A DNA stretch of 64,000 nt from an uncultured bacterium. GTDB lineage: Bacteria > Patescibacteriota > Minisyncoccia > Phycocordibacterales > UBA6065. The notes under the pieces are model-generated. The model was not told where the DNA came from. It did no database searches and saw nothing but the letters and a program-made list of their open reading frames with translations. Each line of letters starts with the position of its first letter. The first letter of the stretch is position 1. The stretch is from positions 426,076-490,075 of the forward strand of contig CBIMES010000001.1 in assembly GCA_966243015.1 (NCBI GenBank), read 5' to 3'. Of the stretch, positions 26,684 to 36,489 are shown one piece after another. Made by a program: the position numbers and the translations under genes.

Positions 26684-29600
26684 CTATTTGGAAGCCTGAA
26701 GGTCCTCCACGTAGGCCTTTACGAGGTACGAGAGCGACACCACGAGAACCGCGAGGAGATTGATGAGGCCGAGGGCAAGGACCCACGACATTCCAAGACC
26801 CGTGCTCTGGGTGAACCAGTCAGGGTCCTTCATAAAGGACATGGTGTTAAGGACATTAAGGACAGTTCCCGCCGCAAGACCCGTCGCTCCCTTGATAAAG
26901 GACATGCGAGTTGCGGCCCCGGTAAGACCTCGGGCGAAGATACCCCTGAGAATATAGGCCGTTCCGATGGTGATAAGCAGGACTATGAGAAGCGGATACC
27001 ACGGAATGCTCTTGAAGAAGTTGATTACCCCCTCAGAGAACGCTCCGAATACACCCGCGAGGTTCTCGAAGATTGATCCCGATGTGCTGGTTGCCGAGGT
27101 GGTAGCCATGCCGATGGCACCCTCGAAGTCGCCCGAGTTGTCGATGACAGGCTCCTCGGTTGGCTGAATGCCGATATCGAAGTCGAGATCACCTGGCTGA
27201 TAGATAGGATTCTCGTCACAGAAGAATCGGTTGATGTATGACGAGGTCGTGATATAGACGATACCAGTAGGCTCCGCGATGTTCCACGGGGCGAGGATCT
27301 CGTCAGCGTGTCGGGTCTGGAGGAGCATGACGGCCTGCTCGGTGGCGTCGTCAAAGAATCCGCTGATCTCGAGGTTAGTGCCCTCGTAGGTATTGAGGAA
27401 CCACTGGAGCTTTCGCACCTCGTTAGGATCGTTCTGAGATCCCTTTCGGAGATACGACACGAGGAAATCAGACGCTGGGCAGAAGTTTACAGTTGGAATG
27501 ACCGTCGTGATGGTCGTCGCGGTAGAGCATCCGAATCCTATGCACGGACCGCCGCTTCGTCCGCCGCCGCCTCCGCCACCCGTAGTGCCGGGAGGGGTCA
27601 CCGTGTCATCGTTATCGAAGTTAATGATAGAAACGCTCTGGGCAGGGAGGCCGTTGTAGTTTGCGTCCGTGCTGCTCGAAGGGCCCACGTTTACCGCGTA
27701 GGTAACGTCGCCGTCATCAACGGTATCGTCGACGCCCGTCACAATGACCGTCTGGTAGACGTTCCAGTTCGCGGGGGTGAAGGTGAGAGCCGCGACCGTG
27801 GTGCTTCCCTCCGTAGTGTCAGAGACGACAATCGGGAGAGTCACGTTACCCGTAGGTGCCGACGAGAGGACAACGGTGAAGGCCGCGGTCGCGCCCGCCT
27901 CGCTCGTAGTGAGGCCAGAGGTGTTTCCGAGAACGAGTCCAACGCCCGTGACGCCTCCCGTGATGGTTACGGTGAAGGTTCGAGCGGTAGAAGTTGCCCC
28001 GTGCACGTCTCGAGCAAACACGCCGAAGGTGTGAGGGCCTGATACCGTCCACGACATAGATCGGCTTACGGCTACGCCCGAAATGGTTACCGGAGTCCAC
28101 TCCTCGCCTGCCGAGGTCTCGATGGTCCCGTTGTTGTTCCAGTCAAAGCCGTACTGAATGTCATCGCCGTCTGCGTCAGTCGCAGTCGCGGTAAAGGTAT
28201 GAGAGACGTTTGCGGCCGCCGTAGTAGTGCCTGTAATCGAGTTAACTACCGGGGCGTTATTGCCTCCTGGATAGCAGCCTCCTCGAGGACCACAGTTGTC
28301 AGAAATAACGATAGTGTGAGACACACCAGCCGATCGGTTGCCGCTCGCATCCTCGGCGAACACCTTGAAAGTGTAGGTGCCGTCAGCAGACCAAGACTTC
28401 GAGCTGGTAGCGGCGGTTCCCGACGTCACGAACATGGTGTACGCGTCGATGGTTCCGTTGTTATCCCAGTCGAAGCCGTAGCGGACCGAGTCGCCGTCGG
28501 GGTCGGTGGCGGTAGCGCTGAAGGTATACGAGGTCGAAACATCTCCCGTCGTCGGACCACTTACAGCAAGACCGGTCGGCGCGCTGTTGCCGCCCGTACC
28601 ACCTCCCGAGGTGATGGTAATGGTGTGCGAGAGAGCCGAAGATCGCTCGCCCGCATTGTCCTCGGCGATGACCCTGAAGGTATAAGTTCCCGCCGCGCCC
28701 CATGAGTGAGAGGTCGTGGTTGAAACGCCCGATGCGCCAAAGGCCGTGTACTCCTCGTACGAGCCGTTGTTATCCCAGTCGAAGCCGTAGCGAACGGTAT
28801 CGCCCTCGGCGTCAGTCGCGCGAGTGGCGAAGTCATATGAAACGTTAACGGTTCCCGTCGTAGGACCGTTTACGGTGAAGTTGTCAGGGGCGGTATTTCC
28901 CGGGTAGCAGCCTCCTCGAGGGCCGCAGTTCTGGAGGGTGATGGTATGAGAGGTCGCGGCGGATCGGTTGCCGCTCGCGTCCTCCGCGAAAACCTTGAAA
29001 GTCTTTGCGCCCTCGTCGCTGAAGGTGTGCGAGAGGCTCATCGCCACGCCCGAAGTAGCGAGCGCGGTCCACTGGTCGATCGAGCCGTCGTTGTCCCAGT
29101 CGAAGCCGTAGCGGATCGAGTCGCCGTCGGGGTCAGTTGACTGAGCCGAGAACGAGTACGACACACCCGCATCTCCGCCCGTAGGTCCGACAACTACCGG
29201 TGCGGTAGGCGCGTCGTTGGTGGCAGGGCCGCCGCGGACGACAGCCTCGATGACGATCTGTCCGTGCGCGCCGTTTCCTCCGAGAGCCACGTCAGATCCG
29301 CCCGCGCCCGCCGCGGGGGCCACGCCGTCAGCTCCAGCGCCTGTGGTCGAAAGGGATCCGCCAGCGCCTCCGCGAGCTCCGTCGCCTCCGTCAGTCGACG
29401 AGACATTGCTCGCCGAATCAAAGGAAATCGCGGTAGCGGACTCTCCTGACTCGAGAGTGCGCCCAACAAGGCCCGCACCGCCCGCGCCTGTGAAGGCGGC
29501 GCCGTCAGCGGCAAGCGGGTTCACGGTGACGACCGTGTCGGCAGCAGTGCTGTCCGAGGTTACGCTCTCGTCTGGACCGGTGTAGCAGCCGCCTCGAGGA

Positions 29601-30334
29601 CCGCAGTTGTCCACGGTGACCGAAAGAGACGCAGATGCGGTGCCGCCAAGACCCGTACAGGTAAAAGTGACGGAACCCGAGGAGGTTCGAGTTACCGACT
29701 GAGAGCCCGAGGTCGGCTTCGCGCCAGAGATCATGCCTGATGCGGTGCACGAATCAGTGTGATTCGAAGACCATACGATGGTCGTTGACTGACCCGAGTT
29801 GAATCGCTTCGGGGTAGCACTGAGCGAGATGGTCGGCGCAGGAGCCTGGAGCTCAGTCCCCCTCTTGCCGCCGATTCCGCCGGCAGCGCTCGTAAGAGTG
29901 CTAGTTGACGAGCTAAACGAGGAAGCCTGGCCAGATCGGCCAGCGCCCTCCTCAGACGAAACACCCCCACGACCGACTACGGCCGTGAAGGTATCACCAG
30001 GGGTAACAAAGGCGTCATTCTCCGCGTATCCGCCGCCTCCGCCGCCGCCTCCGCCGAGGACATGAGAAGTGGTCGTCGCGCCCTTTCCGCCAGATCCGCC
30101 AGCACCCCACGTCTTGACGCGAATCTCAGTAACGCCGTCAGGAACGGTCCACGTAGTCGTTCCAGGAGTAGTAATCGTCTCGATAACCACAGTCTCGACA
30201 TGGCCGGGAGCGACCACGGGAAGCGTGAAGGCCGATGCAGCGATTGGCTGGAACAGCGACACCACGACCGCAAAAGAAAGGGCCGCGGAAAGCGCTTTCT
30301 GGGAGAATCTCTGGTTTTTCATGAATATATTCAT
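26684..30334 (-). CDS. Large surface protein: Gly-rich domain, four PKD-like repeats, Calx-beta-like domain, PG-binding-like domain, C-terminal TM helices
   Basis: Signal peptide; WTVPDGVT..WGAGGSGG; 4x DxDGDxxxYGFDWD/NNxG; LTFTPANWNVYQTV; EVRKLQWFLN. Start may be 30322. Confidence 0.88.
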   Translation of the reverse strand: MNIFMKNQRFSQKALSAALSFAVVVSLFQPIAASAFTLPVVAPGHVETVVIETITTPGTTTWTVPDGVTEIRVKTWGAGGSGGKGATTTSHVLGGGGGGGGGYAENDAFVTPGDTFTAVVGRGGVSSEEGAGRSGQASSFSSSTSTLTSAAGGIGGKRGTELQAPAPTISLSATPKRFNSGQSTTIVWSSNHTDSCTASGMISGAKPTSGSQSVTRTSSGSVTFTCTGLGGTASASLSVTVDNCGPRGGCYTGPDESVTSDSTAADTVVTVNPLAADGAAFTGAGGAGLVGRTLESGESATAISFDSASNVSSTDGGDGARGGAGGSLSTTGAGADGVAPAAGAGGSDVALGGNGAHGQIVIEAVVRGGPATNDAPTAPVVVGPTGGDAGVSYSFSAQSTDPDGDSIRYGFDWDNDGSIDQWTALATSGVAMSLSHTFSDEGAKTFKVFAEDASGNRSAATSHTITLQNCGPRGGCYPGNTAPDNFTVNGPTTGTVNVSYDFATRATDAEGDTVRYGFDWDNNGSYEEYTAFGASGVSTTTSHSWGAAGTYTFRVIAEDNAGERSSALSHTITITSGGGTGGNSAPTGLAVSGPTTGDVSTSYTFSATATDPDGDSVRYGFDWDNNGTIDAYTMFVTSGTAATSSKSWSADGTYTFKVFAEDASGNRSAGVSHTIVISDNCGPRGGCYPGGNNAPVVNSITGTTTAAANVSHTFTATATDADGDDIQYGFDWNNNGTIETSAGEEWTPVTISGVAVSRSMSWTVSGPHTFGVFARDVHGATSTARTFTVTITGGVTGVGLVLGNTSGLTTSEAGATAAFTVVLSSAPTGNVTLPIVVSDTTEGSTTVAALTFTPANWNVYQTVIVTGVDDTVDDGDVTYAVNVGPSSSTDANYNGLPAQSVSIINFDNDDTVTPPGTTGGGGGGGRSGGPCIGFGCSTATTITTVIPTVNFCPASDFLVSYLRKGSQNDPNEVRKLQWFLNTYEGTNLEISGFFDDATEQAVMLLQTRHADEILAPWNIAEPTGIVYITTSSYINRFFCDENPIYQPGDLDFDIGIQPTEEPVIDNSGDFEGAIGMATTSATSTSGSIFENLAGVFGAFSEGVINFFKSIPWYPLLIVLLITIGTAYILRGIFARGLTGAATRMSFIKGATGLAAGTVLNVLNTMSFMKDPDWFTQSTGLGMSWVLALGLINLLAVLVVSLSYLVKAYVEDLQASK

Positions 30335-30418
30335 TTCAGCTAATACTTGACGACTTGAGTTTGATACTATTTATTTTCGTTCCCCTGTCAATACTCAAAA
30401 CGCCGAAAAATGGCTTAA

Positions 30419-30506
30419 ATAAAGGACATAATCAATGTCTTTTACTGTCCTTTATAAAATCTCTTATTTCCCAAAGGTTTCATGAATTTGTTACATAAAG
30501 GACATA
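30419..30506. promoter_or_regulatory. Cluster of ATAAAGGACA motifs in a divergent intergenic region
   Basis: ATAAAGGACATA at 30419 and 30495; inverted copies at 30435-30444 (1 mismatch) and 30446-30455. Confidence 0.55.
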
Positions 30507-30555
30507 TTCCCAGAAAACACCGTGAAACGGCAATTTCGCACTGTCACCCCTCACA

Positions 30556-30583
30556 TTGACAAAAGTTCGATTTTATTTAATAT
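30556..30583 (+). promoter_or_regulatory. Sigma70-type promoter
   Basis: TTGACA-N16-TAATAT upstream of 30647. Confidence 0.6.
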
Positions 30584-30646
30584 CAAAAACAGACGAACCT
30601 CGTCACACACCGTTCGAAACCTTCAACCAAGAAAGTCCTGTAACTC

Positions 30647-31489
30647 ATGAAATTCAGAAATCTGCGGGCTTCGCTCGCGCTTATCACCGGTGCGCTCCTC
30701 GCGAGCGTGGCCGTCGCCAGCGATCAGTGGAACACTCGCCTCGAAGGCTACAAGACCGGCAAGGAAAATCCCGTAACCTTCAGCGTGCAGAGCAACTACC
30801 AGAGTAACTCCGTGACCGACAACGGCGTCTCCTACGACGATCCCTCGTGGCGAACCGATCTCGCGATCGACGTCCCCTGGGGAGTCCGTCTCGGCGGCAC
30901 CATCATCAGCGGCATCGGAAACGACGATCCCTTCACCGACGAGAAGAGGCTCTTCGCGGAGAAAACCTTCTTCTTCTGCGACGAGCTCGACTTCACCGTT
31001 GGCTACCGCCACGAGTTCCTCTACGAGGGCTACGGCGACTGGGACATCGACGCGCCCTATGTCGAGCTGGGCAAGAACTTCTCGTTCGCGGATGACGACA
31101 TTCGCATCCGAGCCTACGTGCGTGCGGAATACTGGCACACGTCGGCCACGGACGATAACGGGATCATCCCCGAAATCGGCCTCCGTGCCCTGCTCAAGCT
31201 CAGCAACCGCTTCTCGCTCGACCTGCGCTTCTCGGCCTTAAACGACCCGGGTATCCAGGGCGGCAACGGCGGCATGATCACGAGAGGCGAAGGGTATGTG
31301 AACTACGACGTCACGGAGGACGGGCTCGCCCGTATCTTCGCCGGCGGCGAGGTCTATAACCCCTGGAGCACCGACGGTCCCGTCGACGTTCGAGAGAAGC
31401 AGGGCCTCTTCAAGGCAGGCTTCAAGGTTGACGACATCGGCGCGGTGGGTAGCAAAATCTACAACCGCATCAAGGGCGAGGCCCAGTAA
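30647..31489 (+). CDS. Secreted protein with outer-membrane beta-barrel-like pattern (TorF/Gcw_chp-like)
   Basis: Signal peptide; amphipathic strands (LDFTVGYRHEF, IRIRAYVRAEYW, FSLDLRFSAL); N-terminal SNYQSNSVTDNGVSY..PSW resembles the TorF start. Confidence 0.55.
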   Translation: MKFRNLRASLALITGALLASVAVASDQWNTRLEGYKTGKENPVTFSVQSNYQSNSVTDNGVSYDDPSWRTDLAIDVPWGVRLGGTIISGIGNDDPFTDEKRLFAEKTFFFCDELDFTVGYRHEFLYEGYGDWDIDAPYVELGKNFSFADDDIRIRAYVRAEYWHTSATDDNGIIPEIGLRALLKLSNRFSLDLRFSALNDPGIQGGNGGMITRGEGYVNYDVTEDGLARIFAGGEVYNPWSTDGPVDVREKQGLFKAGFKVDDIGAVGSKIYNRIKGEAQ

Positions 31490-31634
31490 GTTCCTTCAAC
31501 ATTAGTCAGTTCAGTCCGCCAGCGCGCAAGCGTGTGGCGGACTTTTATTTCGCCCGCGAGACGTGGTAGAATGACAGTCCGTCAGAATCGTTCTTTGGCA
31601 CCGTTCAACAAACCCTGAAAACACTGGAGGAATC

Positions 31635-31988
31635 ATGCACCGTCACGAAGAGGCAGGCTATGTTCGTCCGAAAGGTCAGTGGACTCCCTACATCAAGGCG
31701 ATCGAGCGCAACGATGGCAACACCATCAAGCTCTCCTGCAAGAAGGCGAAACCTCACACGTTCAACCGCGGAGACGTCGAACCCTACCCTGACTACGTCA
31801 TGGCAGGGGAGGATTTCTTTGGCGGCCAACGCTTCGAGATATTCCGCATCGTCGATCCCTGGGAGGCACTCCTCGAGGACGGCACCCTCCGCGTCCTCAG
31901 CCAACAAGGGATATACGTCTTGCTTCCCTCCCACCTCGCCGAACCTTCGGCCGGGTGGATCGAAGCCCAGACAGCGGTCGCTGTCTAG
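31635..31988 (+). CDS. Hypothetical protein
   Basis: GGAGG SD before ATG; TGgTAGAAT promoter at ~31565; terminator hairpin at ~32000-32035. Confidence 0.65.
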   Translation: MHRHEEAGYVRPKGQWTPYIKAIERNDGNTIKLSCKKAKPHTFNRGDVEPYPDYVMAGEDFFGGQRFEIFRIVDPWEALLEDGTLRVLSQQGIYVLLPSHLAEPSAGWIEAQTAVAV

Positions 31989-32065
31989 CAGCCGTAGCAA
32001 AGCCCCGAGCGACACACATCGCCCGGGGCTTTTTCATTTCATGATTACCGTGCCGCCACCAACCC

Positions 32066-33439
32066 TTACCCCCTCGGATCGAAGATGCTCGGCGGAAGCC
32101 TCTCGCCCCTGATGATGCGGGAGATACGCTCTGCGCCGTACACGGACGGGAGAATGCCGACGCCGTTACAGCCGAGATTATAGAGAAGCGATCGGTTCTT
32201 CGGTTCCTCGCCCACCACCCTCACGCCGCTCGGCGTGTATCCCATGAGCCCGTGCCAGGTAAACTGATAGTCGATCTTCCTGTTGGGGTCAGTGTCATAG
32301 GTGGTCTTAACAAATTTGTCGATCTTGGCCTTCTCCTGGTCTGGGTAGTCGAGGTCAGTCGTGTACTGAGAGCGCTCCTCGAGCGAGAACTCGGGACCGC
32401 CCACGCTGATGAGGTTAAAGGCCGACGCGCCCTCCCCCTCGAAATGCCTGCGGGTCAGGTAGAAATACGGGTCTGCGGCGTACGGATCGTCAGAGTCCGT
32501 TGCCGACGGCTCGAAATAGCTGATGGCGACCGGCGGCTTGTTCATCGGCTCGAGATACGCCGACATGTATCCCACCATACCCTTCACGAGATGATGGAAC
32601 TTGGTCTCGATAGACAGCCCTCCCTCGTTGATGATGGTGAGGCTCTCGAAGCCATTGGTGCAGAGGATCACGCGCTCGGCGACGACCGTGTGCTTCACCA
32701 CGTCGAGGAAGGCCTTGCCGTCGTGCAGCGCGACCTTCTGGACCGGCGCATGCTCGTAGAGCGCGAAACGCAACGGGTAAGTCTTCTCGAGATAGCCGAT
32801 GATCTCCTGGCAGAACAGCGCCGAGTTAAGGCAGCCCTTCTGGAACGAGATGACGGCGTGATAGGTCGAGTTCTTGGTCTGGAGCAGCTCCGAGATTTCC
32901 TCCTGTGGGACAAGCTCGTAGAGATCCGCGTACTCTGCGGGCAGACTACCAGCGAACGGCGCGTCCTTGGAAACCTTGAACACCTCCGTCCGTATGCCCG
33001 CCCTGCGGCGGTACTGGTTGTCCTTCAGGTGCCTGACGACCTGGTCGTACGTCGAGAGACCCGCGTGGCCCATGAAGCGGGACATCGGTAGGGTGAGCCC
33101 GGCCTCGGTATACATCTGGTCGAGCAGACCCCACGCAGACTCGACGGAGGCCTGTGCCTCGGCGGCCTGTTCGAGGCCAAACTCGTCGGCGATCTCGGAG
33201 AAAGGCCTCTCGAAATAGCTCGCGATCTGACCGGCATTGTGACCCGTCGCGCCACGGGCGAACCTCCCCTTCTCGAGGACAATGACGTTCTTGTCGGTAT
33301 TACGCAGGAGAAAGAAGGCGGTCGATATGCCCGCGATGCCCGCGCCGACGATAGCGACGTCAGTCGAGAGATCAGAGAAAAGAGTGTTAACCTGCCTGTC
33401 CTGCCTGAGCTGGTGAATCCAAGGTGATCTGTTAGCCAT
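32066..33439 (-). CDS. FAD-dependent oxidoreductase (DAO family)
   Basis: VAIVGAGIAG, GATGHNAG, WHGLMGYT, GCNGVG. Confidence 0.9.
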   Translation of the reverse strand: MANRSPWIHQLRQDRQVNTLFSDLSTDVAIVGAGIAGISTAFFLLRNTDKNVIVLEKGRFARGATGHNAGQIASYFERPFSEIADEFGLEQAAEAQASVESAWGLLDQMYTEAGLTLPMSRFMGHAGLSTYDQVVRHLKDNQYRRRAGIRTEVFKVSKDAPFAGSLPAEYADLYELVPQEEISELLQTKNSTYHAVISFQKGCLNSALFCQEIIGYLEKTYPLRFALYEHAPVQKVALHDGKAFLDVVKHTVVAERVILCTNGFESLTIINEGGLSIETKFHHLVKGMVGYMSAYLEPMNKPPVAISYFEPSATDSDDPYAADPYFYLTRRHFEGEGASAFNLISVGGPEFSLEERSQYTTDLDYPDQEKAKIDKFVKTTYDTDPNRKIDYQFTWHGLMGYTPSGVRVVGEEPKNRSLLYNLGCNGVGILPSVYGAERISRIIRGERLPPSIFDPRG

Positions 33440-33485
33440 TATGCGATGTTCGTGAAAATTTTATAAAGAGATTGAGGGACAGCAG

Positions 33486-34556
33486 CTAGATGAAGCGAAT
33501 CGTCTCCATGATCTTCTTGAAGGTCGAGACGAGGGCCGCACGGTCAAACTCCTTTCTGGTGCCCTCGGGATAATTCGCCAGGACGGTCGAGTGAATGTAG
33601 AACCTGACGCCGTAGCAGAGCTCACGCTGCTTGGTCACGTACACTGACTCCTCGTACCTGTTCCCCGCTCCCGCGCCCGTGGACTGGGCGTAGGTGTATC
33701 TGTTCTGACCGACGGTGACCGGCGTTCCCTTTGACGTCGTCTGTATGAAGTCTGAAGGCGTGCAGGCCGCACGGGACAGGACCTCGACGCTCATGCGCGT
33801 GTCGGTCGAGAGATTCGTCCCCGTCGCCATCTCAGCGGGAATCGTGAAGGATATGCCGGGAATCTCCTTGCCCGGACCAAGGGTGTAGTTGAAATAGGAC
33901 TCGTTGACGGAGAAGGTCTCGGGAACCTCTGCCTCGAAGCCGAACGAGGCGTTCGAATACGGAAGCCAGGCGCCCTCGTCCGAGGAAACGAACGAGACGC
34001 TGCGCAGGAGGTCGTCGAAGAGGCCGAGAATCTCGTCCTCGGGAGTAAGCCAGGTCACCGAGAACATATAGACATAGTCAGGCCGCGCGATGACGACGGA
34101 CTTGCCCTCATACAAGCCAGACCAGGTGTACGACACGCCCTCCTTGCCATCAACGGTCGCCGGGATGAGCCTTCCGTCGCCCAGCTTCCAGTTCGAGTCT
34201 GACGTCGTCGTGGCAAAGCGCTCGGCCGTGAATTCGTCGAGGTCATTCTGGAATATGTCGACGGTGATTGCCGTCGGCCCCTCGCCGTTCTGGACCTCGG
34301 GAACCAGGTCAGGGGTCATCACGATCGAGTGCCTGACGCGGGAGCCCGACGAGATGTCTCGATCAGAGAGCTTGTACCAGACGGGATAACTGAAGCTCAG
34401 GTTAAACCTGTCCGAAAAATACCATTCGGTCGTCGGCTCCTCGATGACTTGGCCTTGCCCGGTGGCACCCTCCTGGACGCGCAGGACAAAGCCGATCGAC
34501 ACCCAAACCAGGGCGATGGCGGCGACAAGCGATCCGAACACAAAAGCCTTCTTCAT
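33486..34556 (-). CDS. Membrane-anchored protein with two PsbP-like domains
   Basis: N-terminal TM; FNLSFSYP and WLPYSNASFGFEAEVP domain starts. Confidence 0.7.
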   Translation of the reverse strand: MKKAFVFGSLVAAIALVWVSIGFVLRVQEGATGQGQVIEEPTTEWYFSDRFNLSFSYPVWYKLSDRDISSGSRVRHSIVMTPDLVPEVQNGEGPTAITVDIFQNDLDEFTAERFATTTSDSNWKLGDGRLIPATVDGKEGVSYTWSGLYEGKSVVIARPDYVYMFSVTWLTPEDEILGLFDDLLRSVSFVSSDEGAWLPYSNASFGFEAEVPETFSVNESYFNYTLGPGKEIPGISFTIPAEMATGTNLSTDTRMSVEVLSRAACTPSDFIQTTSKGTPVTVGQNRYTYAQSTGAGAGNRYEESVYVTKQRELCYGVRFYIHSTVLANYPEGTRKEFDRAALVSTFKKIMETIRFI

Positions 34557-34594
34557 ATGCTTCTATTCTACTATATATGTGGTAACCTTGGCGC

Positions 34595-35920
34595 ATGGCA
34601 AAACTCAAAAAGGACGAATACGACATCGTGGTCATCGGCGGCGGCGCCGCGGGCATGATGGCGGCGGGGCGCGCGGCCGAGCTGGGCGCAGACGTCCTTC
34701 TCGTCGAGAAGAACGACAGTCTCGGCAAGAAACTCCTCATCACGGGTGGGGGCCGCTGCAATGTCACGAACGACGAGCCCGACACCCGATCATTTCTCGA
34801 CAAGCTTCGCGGCAAGGGCAAGTTCCTCTTCTCGGCCTTCGCCCAGCACGGCGTGAGCGACACGCTCGACTTCTTCCATAACCTCGGCATGAAGACCAAG
34901 GTCGAGAACGAGGGCCGCGTCTTCCCCGTCTCGGACTCGGCACGTTCGGTCTACGACGCGCTCGTGAAGAACATGAAGAATCACGGCGTCGAGGTCCTCA
35001 CAGGCCTCCCCGTCAAGAACTTCCACGCCTACGACGACAAGGTTGTCGGGGTGAATACCGAGCGCGGTACCATCAAGGCCAAGGCGTACATTCTCGCCAC
35101 AGGCGGCGTCTCGCATCCCGAGACTGGATCGACCGGCGAGGGTTTCGAGTGGATGAGGAACATGGGCCACGAGGTAAAGAAGATCGAGGCTGCTCTCGTC
35201 CCCATCAAGATCCGCGAGCAGTGGGTCAAGGACATCGCCGGCGTCTCGCATCAGCACGTGAAGTTCACTCTATACGTGAACGACAAGGCGACCGTCTCTC
35301 GCATCGGCCGCATGGTCTTCGCGCATTTCGGCGTGAGCGGACCCCTCGCCCTCAACTTCTCCCAGAGCGTGCGCGAGGCGCAGGATCGGGCAAAACCCGG
35401 CGACAAGATAGAGATTTCCCTCGACCTCTTCCCTGACTTCGACGCGGCAAGCCTCGACCTTCAGGTTCAGGACATGTTCAGGGCGAACAACAACAAGGTA
35501 CTCAAGAACGGCATCCGCGAGATGGTAACCCCTGCCCTCACCCCGACCGTACTCTCCCTCGCCAAGCTCGACGCCGACAAGGAGATCAACGTCGTCACTC
35601 GCGAGGAGCGACAGGCATTCGTAAGGACCCTCAAGGACATGCGCATGACACCCAGCGGGTTCGTCGAAACGAGCGAGGCCATCGTCGCCTCGGGAGGCGT
35701 GCAGCTCGAGAGCATCGACTTCCGCACCATGCAGTCGAAGATCATCTCAAACCTCTTCGTCATCGGCGACCTCCTCGACATCGAGCGACCGTCTGGCGGA
35801 TACAGCCTCCAGCTCTGCTGGACCACCGGCTGGGTCGCGGGCACCAACGCCGCCAAGTTCGTCGGCGCAAAGCCAAAGCCCAAGGCCAAGGCCGAGTCCC
35901 CGGCAAAGAAAAAGGAATAA
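34595..35920 (+). CDS. HI0933/YhiN (BaiN)-family flavoprotein
   Basis: GGGAAGMMAA, GKKLLITGGGRCNVTN, GRVFP, GGYSLQ. Confidence 0.93.
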   Translation: MAKLKKDEYDIVVIGGGAAGMMAAGRAAELGADVLLVEKNDSLGKKLLITGGGRCNVTNDEPDTRSFLDKLRGKGKFLFSAFAQHGVSDTLDFFHNLGMKTKVENEGRVFPVSDSARSVYDALVKNMKNHGVEVLTGLPVKNFHAYDDKVVGVNTERGTIKAKAYILATGGVSHPETGSTGEGFEWMRNMGHEVKKIEAALVPIKIREQWVKDIAGVSHQHVKFTLYVNDKATVSRIGRMVFAHFGVSGPLALNFSQSVREAQDRAKPGDKIEISLDLFPDFDAASLDLQVQDMFRANNNKVLKNGIREMVTPALTPTVLSLAKLDADKEINVVTREERQAFVRTLKDMRMTPSGFVETSEAIVASGGVQLESIDFRTMQSKIISNLFVIGDLLDIERPSGGYSLQLCWTTGWVAGTNAAKFVGAKPKPKAKAESPAKKKE

Positions 35921-35927
35921 AAAAAAC

Positions 35928-35945
35928 GGCTCAGTGCACTGAGCC
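35928..35945. repeat. Dispersed palindrome copy 2
   Basis: GGCTCAGTGCACTGAGCC between convergent genes. Confidence 0.8.
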
Positions 35946-35971
35946 GTTTCGCATGGCTCCACAGAGCCGTA

Positions 35972-36379
35972 TTAACGAACAACGGGCCAACGGGAACGGT
36001 ATGCCGCGCGCTCGGGAAAGCACTCCTGGTCGCTCGGCAGCATGACAATCGTCCTCGACCTGTCGCCTTCGGTGACTATCCATATCCTGACGAGGGTGAG
36101 CCCACACTCACAGGCATAGCACGAGAAGAGATACCCTCCCGAGCACAAGGCTCGGGGATTGTGCACCTCCCTCTCGATCTCGCTCACGTCGCCCCACATG
36201 CCTTTCTCGTGCTTGCCAAGCGCGACATCCATACAGCCCCAGTCGACAACGCCGATAAGCGAGGACGTGACGAAGATGTCGCCGAGCTTAAACAGCGGCA
36301 TCACCGCGACGCACCGACGCACCAGTCCCACTCTGACAAGGCCCGCGTTCTCTTTGATTTCTACGCGAGTGTTATTCAT
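35972..36379 (-). CDS. Divergent homolog of a small plasmid/ICE-associated protein
   Basis: LFKLG..VT...KH..G.WGD...RIWIVTEGDRSRTIVMLPSD resembles the consensus F.LG...RH..GDWG...IWIITEADRS.TTILLP.EY. Confidence 0.6.
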   Translation of the reverse strand: MNNTRVEIKENAGLVRVGLVRRCVAVMPLFKLGDIFVTSSLIGVVDWGCMDVALGKHEKGMWGDVSEIEREVHNPRALCSGGYLFSCYACECGLTLVRIWIVTEGDRSRTIVMLPSDQECFPERAAYRSRWPVVR

Positions 36380-36489
36380 AAGGATCAGACAAGAGTTTCG
36401 TTTCTGTATCTACCCTGAAGGATACCCTCAGACCGAAAGAAAGCAAGCGCGGCGACCTTGGTCGCCGCGCACTACAAACCTCGCCATTT

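Noticed and set aside
28130-29135. Repeated TCCCAGTCGAAGCCGTAGCG segments as a CRISPR array or DGR template/variable repeats
   Set aside because: They encode the YGFDWD motif of tandem PKD-like domains; there is no reverse transcriptase in the window
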